Shown here: positions 9,140-20,206 of the stretch, piece after piece
How positions within the stretch are numbered: position 1 is the stretch's first letter
Layout: every line of letters starts with the position of its first letter
Source of the DNA: Vitiosangium sp. GDMCC 1.1324
Lineage (GTDB): Bacteria > Myxococcota > Myxococcia > Myxococcales > Myxococcaceae
NCBI RefSeq assembly: GCF_003044305.1
Contig: NZ_PZOX01000005.1
Location: forward strand, 387,493-451,492
Reading direction: 5' to 3'
DNA length: 64,000 nucleotides
Made by a program: the position numbers and the translations under genes
Notes under the pieces: model-generated
What the model saw: the letters and a program-made list of their open reading frames with translations, nothing else
What the model was told of the DNA's origin: nothing
The model's database searches: none

Positions 9140-10669
9140 TCACTGCGTGAGGGGTGGCAACTGCACGTGGCGAGGACTCCCATCGCGAGAGACGAAGGGG
9201 TCGCGGTCAGACATACGCGCTCCGAATTTCGCGGTTACAGGGCCTCGGCGCGCTCCTTCCAGGGCTTCCCGCACCTGGCTGTCACGCGCGGCACCGAGCC
9301 TCACTCCGTCCGGCCCGGGCTCCACGCCCAGCGCTTGTAACAGAGGCTCCACCCCGGCAAAAGCAGGCTGGGACAGGTGGCGCTCGAGCAACTCGTGGAA
9401 GAGCGACCGACCCGCGACGGCATCCACCGCCGCACCAAACTCGTCGAAAGTTGCGGTAGGGCCGGAACTGGCGAGCCGCTCGAGCACCTCGTCCAGGCTC
9501 CGCGTGTTGCCAGTAGCGCGGCGCAACTCCACGTCCACGAGCAGGGCGAAGAGAGCCCCCGTCCAATAGATGCCCTGGAAGGAGGCGCCGTGAGTCATGA
9601 CGTCCTCCATCGTCCGGGTGCCCACGGCGGCGCGCCCACGGGAGAAACCGGAGACCAGCTCCGCCCAGGCCTGCTCCGGCGTCTGCCTGCCTGAGCGCGC
9701 TCGCGCCAGCTCCGTGTAGTAGGTGGCCAGCCCCTCGGACAGCCAGGCGATGTGCGGCACGAAGGTGGGGTGCGCCAGGTGGAGGAGCTCGTGCACGGCC
9801 ACCCAGTCCCGCGGGAAGAACTCGGGCCCCGCCTCCTGGCCCACCAGCACGGAGACGCTCGGCGGCGAGCTCCACAGCACCATGCCGAAGACGGCGGGTG
9901 CCTGGCGTCCCGGCACTGGGATGACGCGCACGGTGATGCGTGGGTACGGGAAGTGGCGCCGCACCGTGAGCACCTCGCTCGCGGCCTGGTGGAGCCACGC
10001 GCAGAGGCCGGCGTCATCCATGCGCGACATGTGGCCGAGCACCGCCACTTCCATCACCGCGTCCGGTAGCCGCACCGTGCACCGCCGTCCGCCGAAGGCA
10101 TGGAAACCCGAGTCCACCAGATCTCCACCCTCCAGCCGGTAGACGCCGCTCGCATCCGGTTCCCACGGCAGCAGCGCGTCCACGCCCTCCACCACGAGCT
10201 CCGCGCGAAGCGAGGGCGATACCACGCGAGGGCGCAACAACCAGGCCCGGCCCGCCACATGCCACGAGTCCCCTTCGCCCATGCCGGAGGAGAAGTCCGG
10301 GCGCGCCCCCCGGACGCGAGCCTCCAAGGGATAGCGGTAACGCAACAGGCGCGTGTCCCGCGGGACGAGGACGCGGCCCTCCGGAGACACGGACAGCTCG
10401 TGGCCGGAACCTTCCGGGCCGAAGACACGCACCCGGTCGACTCCGCCAGGTTGGGTGAAGAGGAAGTCCCGGGGGGCATTCTCACCAACGAGGACGAGCT
10501 CCACGTCCAGCGCATGCACCGGCTCGCGGACATAGGTGACGCGGTAGCGCAGCGCCGTCGGATCCTCGCCCGGCCGAAGCGGAAGCGTCCGAGCCGGCTG
10601 GCACGCCCCCAACACCAACAGCAGGGACACCCGTACCGCGAAGGAGAGGACCGGCCTGGATGAAGGCAT
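9140..10669 (-). CDS. HExxH zinc metalloprotease lipoprotein (MA-clan, M61/aminopeptidase-like)
   Basis: Lipobox LLLVLGAC and HELLHLAHP...EGLATYY (HExxH + downstream Glu). Its stop is 11 nt upstream of the precursor ORF. The start coordinate follows the ORF-track frame. Confidence 0.65.
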   Translation of the reverse strand: MPSSRPVLSFAVRVSLLLVLGACQPARTLPLRPGEDPTALRYRVTYVREPVHALDVELVLVGENAPRDFLFTQPGGVDRVRVFGPEGSGHELSVSPEGRVLVPRDTRLLRYRYPLEARVRGARPDFSSGMGEGDSWHVAGRAWLLRPRVVSPSLRAELVVEGVDALLPWEPDASGVYRLEGGDLVDSGFHAFGGRRCTVRLPDAVMEVAVLGHMSRMDDAGLCAWLHQAASEVLTVRRHFPYPRITVRVIPVPGRQAPAVFGMVLWSSPPSVSVLVGQEAGPEFFPRDWVAVHELLHLAHPTFVPHIAWLSEGLATYYTELARARSGRQTPEQAWAELVSGFSRGRAAVGTRTMEDVMTHGASFQGIYWTGALFALLVDVELRRATGNTRSLDEVLERLASSGPTATFDEFGAAVDAVAGRSLFHELLERHLSQPAFAGVEPLLQALGVEPGPDGVRLGAARDSQVREALEGARRGPVTAKFGARMSDRDPFVSRDGSPRHVQLPPLTQ

Positions 10670-11106
10670 CACGCACCCCGCTGCCCGCAGAAACCCGGAC
10701 ACTCTATCGGCGCACTCATGGTGTGGCCGGGAGACGAATCGTGAGGTCACTCCCCTGCCCCCAGACCGGCAAGGCCACCGATCACCTTCCGGGTCTCTCC
10801 TCAACGGACTCGCCGCCCCCCGATTCCCCACCCCGTTGCTGGTAAACCGTAGCGGTAAAACTTTGACAGACCTTCTAGGGCATGGCCCGACAGGTCGCAG
10901 AGCTGTCCACCAAGCATTGTGAAATCAAACGGTTAGCCACTTCAGGACGGGTGGGGACGATCACCAGGCCCTCCCTCCGTTCCGTTGAGGACAGGGGCGG
11001 TTGCGCTCGAAAACGTTTATTGCAAATCGGTAAATGCCTCCGCACAGTGGCGTGTCGGAGGGGCCGGGTACTGGGGTAGAGGACCCCCCATCCAGGAAGC
11101 GCGGAG

Positions 11107-12669
11107 ATGAACGAGAACGCACTCAACGCGAACGTGGGCCTGAAGCTGCGCAGCCTGAGACTCGCGCGGAACATCAAGCAGACGGACGCGGCCAAGGACC
11201 TGGGAGTCTCCCCGGCGTACCTGAACCTCATCGAGAAGGGCAAGCGGGTCATGCCCTTCCCGCTGCTGTGGAAGGCCCTGCGCTACTTCGACCAGGACCC
11301 CGAGCAGTTCATGTCCACGCTGGGCGAGGGCCGGGTGGACGAGGCGCTCGCGAAGCTGCTGGACGAGCCGCTGCTCAAGAGCCTCGACATCGATCCGGAG
11401 TCGCTGCAGAGCCTGTCGGCGGAGCCGAAGCTGGCGGGCACGGTGGCGGCGCTCTTCAACCTCTACAAGAACACGCGCACGCAACTGGAGAACGTGCTGG
11501 CGCAGCTCAACGCCGAGGAGCGGGCGCGCACGCAGTCGGTGCCGGGCAGCTCGGCGGGGCCGGGCCTGCGCTTCGACTACTCGCCCTTCGACGAGGTGAG
11601 TGACTTCCTGCAGTCGCACCACAACTACTTCCCCGAGCTGGAGGAGCAGGCCGAGGCGCTGCGGCGCGACTTCAAGCTGGGGCGCCTGCTCACCAGCCCG
11701 CAGTTGGTGCCGCTGCTGGAGGAGCGCTTCGGCTACCGCGTGCGCTTCGAGTCCGCGGTCAGCGGCTCCTCGGTGGTGCGCCGGTTCGATCCCGAGTCCC
11801 AGGAGCTCATCCTCTCGCCGGACCTGATGGAGCAGCCGCTCAAGTTCCAGCTCGCGACGTCCATCGGCCTGCTGGTGCTGGACCGGGAGAAGCTGGTGGA
11901 GCGCATCGTCGGTGCGGCGCGCACGCGGCACGCGGAGACGCTGCGCCTCATCAAGGTGAACCTGGCCAACTACTTCGCCGGCGCGCTGATGCTGCCCTAC
12001 GGGGACTTCTTCAAGGAGGTGGAGCGCACGCGCTACGACGTGGAGCTGCTCTCCAACCTCTTCGGCACCACGTACGAGACGGTGGCCCACCGGCTGTGCA
12101 ACCTGTCGGACCCCAAGCGCAAGGGCCTGCCCTTCCACTTCCTGCGCTCGGACATCGCCGGCAACATCTCCAAGCGCTACAGCGGCACCGGCATCAAGTT
12201 CGCCACGGGCGGCGGCTCATGCGGCAAGTGGGCCGTGCACCTGGCCTTCCTCAACCCGTCCCAGCTCACCCGGCAGTATTCGATGATGCCGGACGGCACC
12301 TCGTACTTCTGCTTCGCGAAGGTGCAGCTGCAGCCGATTGAAGGCTCCATCGTGCGCGGCACGGCGTACTCCATCGGCCTGGGCACGCACGCGGAGAACG
12401 CCAAGTACCTGGCGTACGGCCTGCCCACCACGGATCTGCGCAAGGACGCGGTGCCCAGCGGCATCTCCTGCCGCTTCTGCGAGCGCACCGACTGCAACCA
12501 GCGCGCGGCCGCCAGCTACCGCTTCGCCTTCTCCTTCGACGAGTACACCAAGAAGGATTGCTTCTTCTCGCCCCTGCTCGTCCACGAGGCCGGCCGGGGT
12601 GGCGATCACCTGCGTGCGGATTCGCTGGACAAGCAGCCGCGCCGACGCAACAAGGGCGAGGAACACTGA
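11107..12669 (+). CDS. XRE-family transcriptional regulator, COG3800-type (HTH + ImmA/IrrE-like + DUF2083)
   Basis: N-terminal HTH (LRSLRLARNIKQTDAAKDLGVSPAYLNLIEKGKR) and a C-terminal region with CxxC...CxxC (CGKW...CRFCERTDC). Confidence 0.8.
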   Translation: MNENALNANVGLKLRSLRLARNIKQTDAAKDLGVSPAYLNLIEKGKRVMPFPLLWKALRYFDQDPEQFMSTLGEGRVDEALAKLLDEPLLKSLDIDPESLQSLSAEPKLAGTVAALFNLYKNTRTQLENVLAQLNAEERARTQSVPGSSAGPGLRFDYSPFDEVSDFLQSHHNYFPELEEQAEALRRDFKLGRLLTSPQLVPLLEERFGYRVRFESAVSGSSVVRRFDPESQELILSPDLMEQPLKFQLATSIGLLVLDREKLVERIVGAARTRHAETLRLIKVNLANYFAGALMLPYGDFFKEVERTRYDVELLSNLFGTTYETVAHRLCNLSDPKRKGLPFHFLRSDIAGNISKRYSGTGIKFATGGGSCGKWAVHLAFLNPSQLTRQYSMMPDGTSYFCFAKVQLQPIEGSIVRGTAYSIGLGTHAENAKYLAYGLPTTDLRKDAVPSGISCRFCERTDCNQRAAASYRFAFSFDEYTKKDCFFSPLLVHEAGRGGDHLRADSLDKQPRRRNKGEEH

Positions 12670-12682
12670 GCCCCATCCCCCC

Positions 12683-13552
12683 ATGAGCATCTCCGACACC
12701 GAACGCGCCCATATCCTCGAAGCCCTGCAGAACCAGCGCAACGCGCTCGCCACGACGCGCATCACCGGTGAGCCCGGGGAGATCGGCCGGGGGCTCGTGC
12801 ACCTGGCCGAGCTGCACGGCATGCTTGAGGACCACGCCGAGAGCCGCCGTCACTACGAGGAGGCGCTGGGCTTCTTCCAGACGGCCGGGGACAAGCACGG
12901 CCAGGCGCAGGTGTACTTCGGCCTGGGCGTGGCACGCGCCAACTTCGAGGACCACCGGGGCGCCATCGAGCAGATCGCCAAGGCCGCCATGCTCTTCAAC
13001 GAGCTGAAGGACCAGGAGAACGAGGCGCTGTGCCGCGCGGCCGTCGGCGAGTCGCTGCGCTCGCTCGGTCAGGCCAAGGCCGCCGAGGAGAAGTACCAGG
13101 AGGCGCTGCTGCTCTACCGGCAGTCGAAGAACGGGCCGCGCATCGCCCAGCTGCTGCTGGACATCGGCGACATCCGCATGGAGGCGGGCGAGTACGAGGC
13201 GGCGCGCAAGCGCTTCGCCGAGGCGATGCCGCTGCTGGAGAAGGAGGGAGACCCGGAGCCGCTGGCGCTGTGCCGGTTGCTGCTGGGTGAGGCCGAGGGC
13301 CTGCTGGGCAACCACAACTCGGCGCGACCGTTGCTCCAGGCGGCGGTGGACCTCTACGAGGAACTGCACGATCACGTGTACGAGGCGCGAGCCCGGTGGG
13401 ACCTGAGCATCGCGTACACCTTCGCCCAGGAGTGGAAGGCCGCGCGCGAGCAGCTCGAGGCGGTGATTCCGCTCTTCGAGGAGCAGGGACGCCAGGACGA
13501 CGTGGCGAAGGCCCGCAAGGTCCTGGCGCACTTCGACGCGCGCGGGGTGTGA
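12683..13552 (+). CDS. tetratricopeptide repeat protein
   Basis: Multiple TPR-like A/L/E-rich helices (EALGFFQTAGDKHGQAQVYFGLGVA...). Starts 14 nt after the regulator. Confidence 0.7.
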   Translation: MSISDTERAHILEALQNQRNALATTRITGEPGEIGRGLVHLAELHGMLEDHAESRRHYEEALGFFQTAGDKHGQAQVYFGLGVARANFEDHRGAIEQIAKAAMLFNELKDQENEALCRAAVGESLRSLGQAKAAEEKYQEALLLYRQSKNGPRIAQLLLDIGDIRMEAGEYEAARKRFAEAMPLLEKEGDPEPLALCRLLLGEAEGLLGNHNSARPLLQAAVDLYEELHDHVYEARARWDLSIAYTFAQEWKAAREQLEAVIPLFEEQGRQDDVAKARKVLAHFDARGV

Positions 13553-13553
13553 G

Positions 13554-13964
13554 TCAGGCGTGGAGCCCCGCGCCCACCGCCAGCGCGAGCAGCCCCAGCA
13601 CACCGGCCGCGTAGAGCGCGTACTTCCACTCGCCGCGGATGCCCAGCGTGGTGCCAGCCACCACCAGCCGCACCACGGGCGTCACCAGCAGGGCCGACGC
13701 CGCCCCCTTGCGCAGCACGTCGATGACCACGTGCACGTTCTCGGACCTGGGAAGGGCCTCCAGCGCCAGTGAGGTCAGGAAGAGCGCTCCGCTGCACATG
13801 GCCCCGCCCCGGAGGAGCCGGGAGATCCACAGCTCCCCCGCCTCGGCGCGCGCCACCTGCGCGGGGGTGGCTGCTGTCGCGGGCGCCTCGGGGGCGTCGT
13901 GGGTCCCCTCCTGAGCATGGGCCCCTTCGGGCAGTCCCTCCTGGACGGCCTGCGTCAGGTCCAT
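13554..13964 (-). CDS. hypothetical small membrane protein
   Basis: The C-terminal 90 aa have 2-3 hydrophobic helices. The start was chosen at MDLTQ. The upstream part of the 319-aa track ORF is Ala/Gly low-complexity and overlaps tauE in another frame. Confidence 0.3.
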   Translation of the reverse strand: MDLTQAVQEGLPEGAHAQEGTHDAPEAPATAATPAQVARAEAGELWISRLLRGGAMCSGALFLTSLALEALPRSENVHVVIDVLRKGAASALLVTPVVRLVVAGTTLGIRGEWKYALYAAGVLGLLALAVGAGLHA

Positions 13965-14026
13965 GTGGGCCGGGTTCTTCAAATCCACCGGAATGGCCCT
14001 CGTCAGCACCTCGGGCCCCCCCCTCG

Positions 14027-14827
14027 TCAGTTCGGCAGACTCGGCCACAGTCCCTCCCCTCCCTTCCACAGCATCTGGGCCGCCACCAGCAGCAGCACCA
14101 GAGCGAACAGCCGCCGCAGCACCGCCGTGGGCAGGCGCGGCATCAGCCGGCTCCCCACGGACGCACCGGCCAGCACCCCCACCACCAGCGGAGCCACCAG
14201 CGCGAGCTTCACGTGCCCGCGCCACGCGTAGGCGGCCACGCTCGCCGCCCCCGTCACGCCGATCATCAGGTTGCTGGTGGCGCTGGCCACCTTGAAGGGC
14301 ACTCGCATGCCGTAGCTCATCAACGGCACCTTGAGTGGGCCCCCGCCCACCCCCAGCAGGGCCGACAGTCCCCCGGCCACGAAGGAGCCGGAGATGCCCA
14401 GCGGGTAGTTGGTGGGAACGTAGTCCTCGACACGCTGCTCCGGCGGCGCGCGCATCAGCAGCATCTGCGCCGACACGTACAGGGTGAAGAGCCCGAAGAC
14501 GAGCGCCACCCACGCCGGAGCCAGCAGGCTCGCCACCAGCCCTCCGACGATGGCGCCCAGCACCGTGGCCAGCTCCAGCGTCAATCCCAGACGGATGTCA
14601 CTGAGCCGACGCTCCACGTAGCTGGCCGCCGCGCCGCAGGAGCTGGCCACCACGCACATGAGGCTCGCGGGGACCGCTTCCTCCAGCGGAACCTTGAAGC
14701 CCAGGACCAGCGTGGGAACCAGGATGACCCCTCCTCCTACACCCAGCAGCGCACCGGTTGCACCCGCGAGGACACCGGCTGAGATGAGCAGGAGAAGCGT
14801 CATACCCACGAAGAGGATAGGGGTCAC
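14027..14827 (-). CDS. TauE/SafE family sulfite/anion exporter (DUF81)
   Basis: Two repeated halves, each with LLGVGGG(V/P)L motifs, and eight predicted TM helices. Confidence 0.8.
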   Translation of the reverse strand: MTPILFVGMTLLLLISAGVLAGATGALLGVGGGVILVPTLVLGFKVPLEEAVPASLMCVVASSCGAAASYVERRLSDIRLGLTLELATVLGAIVGGLVASLLAPAWVALVFGLFTLYVSAQMLLMRAPPEQRVEDYVPTNYPLGISGSFVAGGLSALLGVGGGPLKVPLMSYGMRVPFKVASATSNLMIGVTGAASVAAYAWRGHVKLALVAPLVVGVLAGASVGSRLMPRLPTAVLRRLFALVLLLVAAQMLWKGGEGLWPSLPN

Positions 14828-14904
14828 CTTGCCGATCGGATAGCGGCATTCCCCTTGACCTCCGGTGCTCGACTGGCCGGCTGCTCCTCACCCGGCTCGA
14901 GCAC

Positions 14905-15795
14905 CTAGGCGGCGTATGCACCGATGGTGCCCTCGGGGAACTCCTCGAGGAAACGCGCGCGAGCACGCGGAGTGAAGATGCCGCGTGCCATGTACGCCAG
15001 CAGACGCCGCAAGACGGCGCGCGTCTGATCCACCGCGTGCTCCACCTCGGCGGCGAAGTCGAAGGCGTCGTTGCGGTACAGCTCCTGGAAGCTGAGCTGG
15101 GACCAGGCAGGCAGGGCCTGCATCCGCCCCATGGGGCTGGAGAGATACAACCCCGCCAGGTACAGGCCTCGCACCCACCCATCCACCTGGGCCTTGGTGG
15201 GCGCCTGCTGCAGCGTCTCCTGCGAGGCCAGCCGCACCAGCTCGTAGATGCCCCGGCCGATGCCCTTCACCGGCAAGCCGGCGCTCTTGGTCACCTCGAA
15301 CTTCGAGCGCAGGCGCGGGCTGCCGACCAGGTCCACCCCGTGCAGCTCCCGCAGGTAGAAGAGCGTCTGCGTCCATTCAATCTTCCGGTGCGCGGCGAGC
15401 GCGTGCTCACCCCGGCGCCGGTGGCGCACCACCAGCCTGTCCACGTGCGGATGGAGGGCCCGATCCAGGGACAGGTGGGTGAAGTAGCCGGCCAGCAGCG
15501 CGAGCCCGGCCTCGGTGCCCACCAGCGCTCCGGCGGCCACCAGCTCGGCCATCTTCAGGCCCAGGCCCACTGGCGCCCGCTCGTGGTACAGCCGCGCGAA
15601 GTGGGGCCAGTCCCGCCCACCATGGCAGGAGTGGAGTGCGCGAATCCCCTCGCACAGGGGGAGATCCGGCAACGCCGCGCCGAAGCGCGCGTAGGCCAGG
15701 TCCTCGGTCAGCGCGCGCACGAAGTCCTCGGGGAGCGCTCCCGGGTTGGCGGCCAGTCGCTCGATGGCCGTGAGATGCAGCAGCAACGAGGGCAT
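14905..15795 (-). CDS. zinc-dependent phospholipase C-like family protein
   Basis: N-terminal MPSLLLHLTAIERL... with conserved His residues (HSCHGG, HLSLDRALHPHVD). Start chosen at MPSLL; longer alternatives would overlap the pepA promoter. Confidence 0.5.
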   Translation of the reverse strand: MPSLLLHLTAIERLAANPGALPEDFVRALTEDLAYARFGAALPDLPLCEGIRALHSCHGGRDWPHFARLYHERAPVGLGLKMAELVAAGALVGTEAGLALLAGYFTHLSLDRALHPHVDRLVVRHRRRGEHALAAHRKIEWTQTLFYLRELHGVDLVGSPRLRSKFEVTKSAGLPVKGIGRGIYELVRLASQETLQQAPTKAQVDGWVRGLYLAGLYLSSPMGRMQALPAWSQLSFQELYRNDAFDFAAEVEHAVDQTRAVLRRLLAYMARGIFTPRARARFLEEFPEGTIGAYAA

Positions 15796-15912
15796 GTGTC
15801 GGACGTAGCCAGCACGGCGTGTCATTGCAACGACGGAAAGCTCGACCGTTCTTGCCTGAAACATTCGCGGCGCTACAGTCGCCAACCCCATTTCCAGGAG
15901 CCCGTTTTCCGT

Positions 15913-17496
<1,584 letters not shown>

Positions 17497-17505
17497 GGCC
17501 CCTGC

Positions 17506-18114
17506 TCAGGTCTGCTCGGGCGCGACGGGCAGCGGACGGACGCTCTCGAAGAGGGCGTTCACCGTCTTGGGCACCTCGTCCGGAGCGGTCGTGGGCCAGG
17601 TGGCGAGCATCATGAAGACGTGGCCGGGGCTGCCGTCGCGCACCACCACCCGGCCGCGCACGTTGTCACCCACGGCGAAGTCGAAGCCCACGGCGCTGTC
17701 GGACATGGACAGTGGCACGGGGTCCGAGGTGACGAAGCCCGGCTGGCTGCGCAGGCCCACCGTCAACCGCTCGGCGAACTGGGCGGGCGTGGCCACCGCC
17801 GGCGCCACCTGCAGCACGACCTGGGCACCGCTCGAGCGGTGGCGCAGGACGACGGGAATGGCGAGCCCCTCGGGGGTCTTCTCATCCGTCTGATCCAGGA
17901 TCCACTCACCCCCGGGCTGGATGAGCTCGAAGCCGAGGGCCTCGTCCACATACCGTCGGGAACCAGACTGCTCGGAGTCCAGAGACTGGGAGCGGGCCAC
18001 CGCGCCGGAGCCTCCGGTGCCCGGGTCGGACGGCTCCCTCACCGCCTGCTTCGCCCCACTGCATGCCGTGCAGAGAGCGACCAGGCCCCACCCCAACAAC
18101 CGCCTTGCGTCCAT
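17506..18114 (-). CDS. hypothetical lipoprotein
   Basis: MDARRLLGWGLVALCTACSG is a signal plus lipobox. Convergent with pepA. Confidence 0.55.
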   Translation of the reverse strand: MDARRLLGWGLVALCTACSGAKQAVREPSDPGTGGSGAVARSQSLDSEQSGSRRYVDEALGFELIQPGGEWILDQTDEKTPEGLAIPVVLRHRSSGAQVVLQVAPAVATPAQFAERLTVGLRSQPGFVTSDPVPLSMSDSAVGFDFAVGDNVRGRVVVRDGSPGHVFMMLATWPTTAPDEVPKTVNALFESVRPLPVAPEQT

Positions 18115-18208
18115 GAGTTCTCCCCCAGCCAGATGGCCTTGGGGGCACAAAGTGGGTACGGAGCACAAGGGCGGCCAGGGGTCCTCGTGCGCGAGCCCGA
18201 GAGCGCTG

Positions 18209-18934
18209 TCAGGCGGTGGAAACTTCGTCGGCGATGGCACGCGCGGCGGCCAGCGGCTCCGCGGCGGTGTGGATGGGGCGGCCCACCACCAGCAGATCCG
18301 CTCCCGCGCGCACCGCGAAGGCCGGGGTCTCCGCGCGGCTCTGGTCTCCCTTGGCCGAGCCCGCGGGGCGGATGCCGGGCGTGCACAGGAAGGGCGTGGG
18401 GCCGAGCTCGCGGCGGAAGGCCTCGGCCTCGCGAGGCGAGCACACCAGCCCGTCCACGCCGGCGCGCACGGCCAGCTTCGCCAGCCGCAGCGCCGCCTCC
18501 TCCGGGGCGCCGGAGAGGCCCACCGAGGCCACGTCCTCGGCGGACATGGAGGTGAGCACCGTCACCGCGAGCACCTTCGGAGCCTCATGCCCCTTGGAGC
18601 GGGCACCCTCGCGCGCGCCCTTCACGGCGGCCTTCAGCATGGCCTCGCCCCCAGCAGCGTGAACGGTGAGCAGCGACGCCCCGAGCGCTCCGGCGCGTGC
18701 GGCCGCCAACTCCACGGTGTTGGGGATGTCATGGAGCTTCAGATCGAGAAACACCTTCGCGCCCAGCTTCAGGAAGGCGACCACGGCGGCCGGGCCGTGC
18801 TCGACGAAGAGCGAGAGACCCACCTTCGCGTAGGCCACGTGGGGAGCCACCTGCTGGTAGAGGCGCAGACCCTCCTCCAGCGGCAGATCCGCGGCGAGCG
18901 CGAGCCGCGCCCGCGCCTGGGAAGCATCCGTCAC
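18209..18934 (-). CDS. pyrF: orotidine 5'-phosphate decarboxylase
   Basis: KVGLSLF...[13 protein letters not shown]...VGRPI are conserved PyrF motifs. Confidence 0.85.
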   Translation of the reverse strand: MTDASQARARLALAADLPLEEGLRLYQQVAPHVAYAKVGLSLFVEHGPAAVVAFLKLGAKVFLDLKLHDIPNTVELAAARAGALGASLLTVHAAGGEAMLKAAVKGAREGARSKGHEAPKVLAVTVLTSMSAEDVASVGLSGAPEEAALRLAKLAVRAGVDGLVCSPREAEAFRRELGPTPFLCTPGIRPAGSAKGDQSRAETPAFAVRAGADLLVVGRPIHTAAEPLAAARAIADEVSTA

Positions 18935-20193
18935 GAGAGTCCCTCCTGGAGATCGCGATAGCTGCGGTAGAGCCGCTCGGACATCTCGCCCGGCAGCACG
19001 TTGCGCGCGGAGAAGAGCGCGTAGGAGACGAAGCCGTCGAGCGCCTCGAGCGTCATGGCGCGCGCCAACGCCTCGTCTCCACCAGAGACGTTCTGGCGGA
19101 TGCGCGCCACGTCCACCCGGCCATCCGGGCCGAGCGTCACCCCCTCATAGGCCGTCTCCAGGCCGGGCTGGGGCGACTCGAGGAAGCCGCGCAGCAGATC
19201 CGGGTTGGCGCCCGCGAGGCGGATGGCGGTGTGGATCTGCGCGAGCAGCGCGTTGAAGCGCTCCTCGGGGCTGAGGGGAGCCACGGGAGGCGGAGGCACC
19301 GCCATGAAGGTGCCAGAGGCGCGCCGGGGCAGGGGCGGCGTGGAGGCCTTCTGCTGAAGGACGAGCGCACCATCCCGAGAGCGCTCCTCCACCCACGTCA
19401 GGAAGGAGAAGAGGCTGCCCTCCCAGAGGGAGCGCAGCGCGCCCAGCGTGGTCCCGGCGGCGGCCCTGGCGAAGAGGGCCTCCTCACCCGGGGGTGGAGA
19501 CTCCGGGCCGGCCAGCACGGGCGTGTCATCCGGGAAGTGCTTGCGCAGCCGGGCCACCAGCTCGCCGCGCTTCATCCCCTGGAGGACGAGGTCCTTGGTG
19601 CGCTCCTGGAGCTTCACCGAGTCGCCCTCGGGAGGACGGCCCTCGAGGAAGAGGAAGCTGCCCTCGGACATCTCGAAGAGGTTGAGCACCACCTCGCGCA
19701 CCAGGTACGTCATGGCGCTGTAGAGGTTGGCTTCCGAGAGGAAGCCCTCGCGGGTGAGCACGGCGCCGATGCGCAGGGTGGGCGTCACCTTGCCGAGCGC
19801 ATGATGGAGCTGCTCGGGAGTGACGAGCCCCAGCTGCACCACCACGGCGCCGAGCCGCTCATGGTGCACGCTGGAGACGGCGAAGATGGGCTGCCCGTCG
19901 CGGAAGCTGACGGTGCGCTGCACCAGGCCGTGCTGGAAGATGAGCTGGCCGCTGCGAACGCCCGAGAGGACGTGGCCGAGCACCTCTTCCACGGCCAGCG
20001 AGCTCAAGCTGCCAGCGAAGAAACCGGTGAGGGCGGCGGGCTCCCGCAACAGCACCATCCCCTCGGGCGAATGGAAGTGCGCCACGAGAGGATGGCCGGG
20101 AGAGAGGCTGGTGGCGAGCGGGCGCTCCAACTCGAGCGCGGCCGGCTCACCACTCAGCCCCAGGCGAGGCGTAGCCTTGGGGCGTGTCGCCAC
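18931..20193 (-). CDS. DUF4388 domain protein
   Basis: N-terminal [27 protein letters not shown]...IFAVS fits DUF4388. A 4-nt overlap with pyrF suggests an operon. Confidence 0.65.
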   Translation of the reverse strand: MATRPKATPRLGLSGEPAALELERPLATSLSPGHPLVAHFHSPEGMVLLREPAALTGFFAGSLSSLAVEEVLGHVLSGVRSGQLIFQHGLVQRTVSFRDGQPIFAVSSVHHERLGAVVVQLGLVTPEQLHHALGKVTPTLRIGAVLTREGFLSEANLYSAMTYLVREVVLNLFEMSEGSFLFLEGRPPEGDSVKLQERTKDLVLQGMKRGELVARLRKHFPDDTPVLAGPESPPPGEEALFARAAAGTTLGALRSLWEGSLFSFLTWVEERSRDGALVLQQKASTPPLPRRASGTFMAVPPPPVAPLSPEERFNALLAQIHTAIRLAGANPDLLRGFLESPQPGLETAYEGVTLGPDGRVDVARIRQNVSGGDEALARAMTLEALDGFVSYALFSARNVLPGEMSERLYRSYRDLQEGLS

Positions 20194-20206
20194 GCGCGCA
20201 GGCTCC

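Noticed and set aside
9154-10142. Several + strand ORFs (9154..9459, 9377..9694, 9723..10142)
   Set aside because: Antisense to the HExxH metalloprotease gene. No motifs.
10850-11106. Search for a sigma-54 (TGGCAC-N5-TTGCA) promoter upstream of the XRE regulator and MNIO operon
   Set aside because: TTGCA is present (tttattgcaaatc) but no correctly spaced GG element. No convincing match.
13965-14513. N-terminal 183 aa of the 319-aa minus ORF 13554..14513
   Set aside because: Ala/Gly/Arg low-complexity. It overlaps the TauE/SafE gene in another frame. Only the C-terminal hydrophobic part was kept, as a low-confidence CDS.
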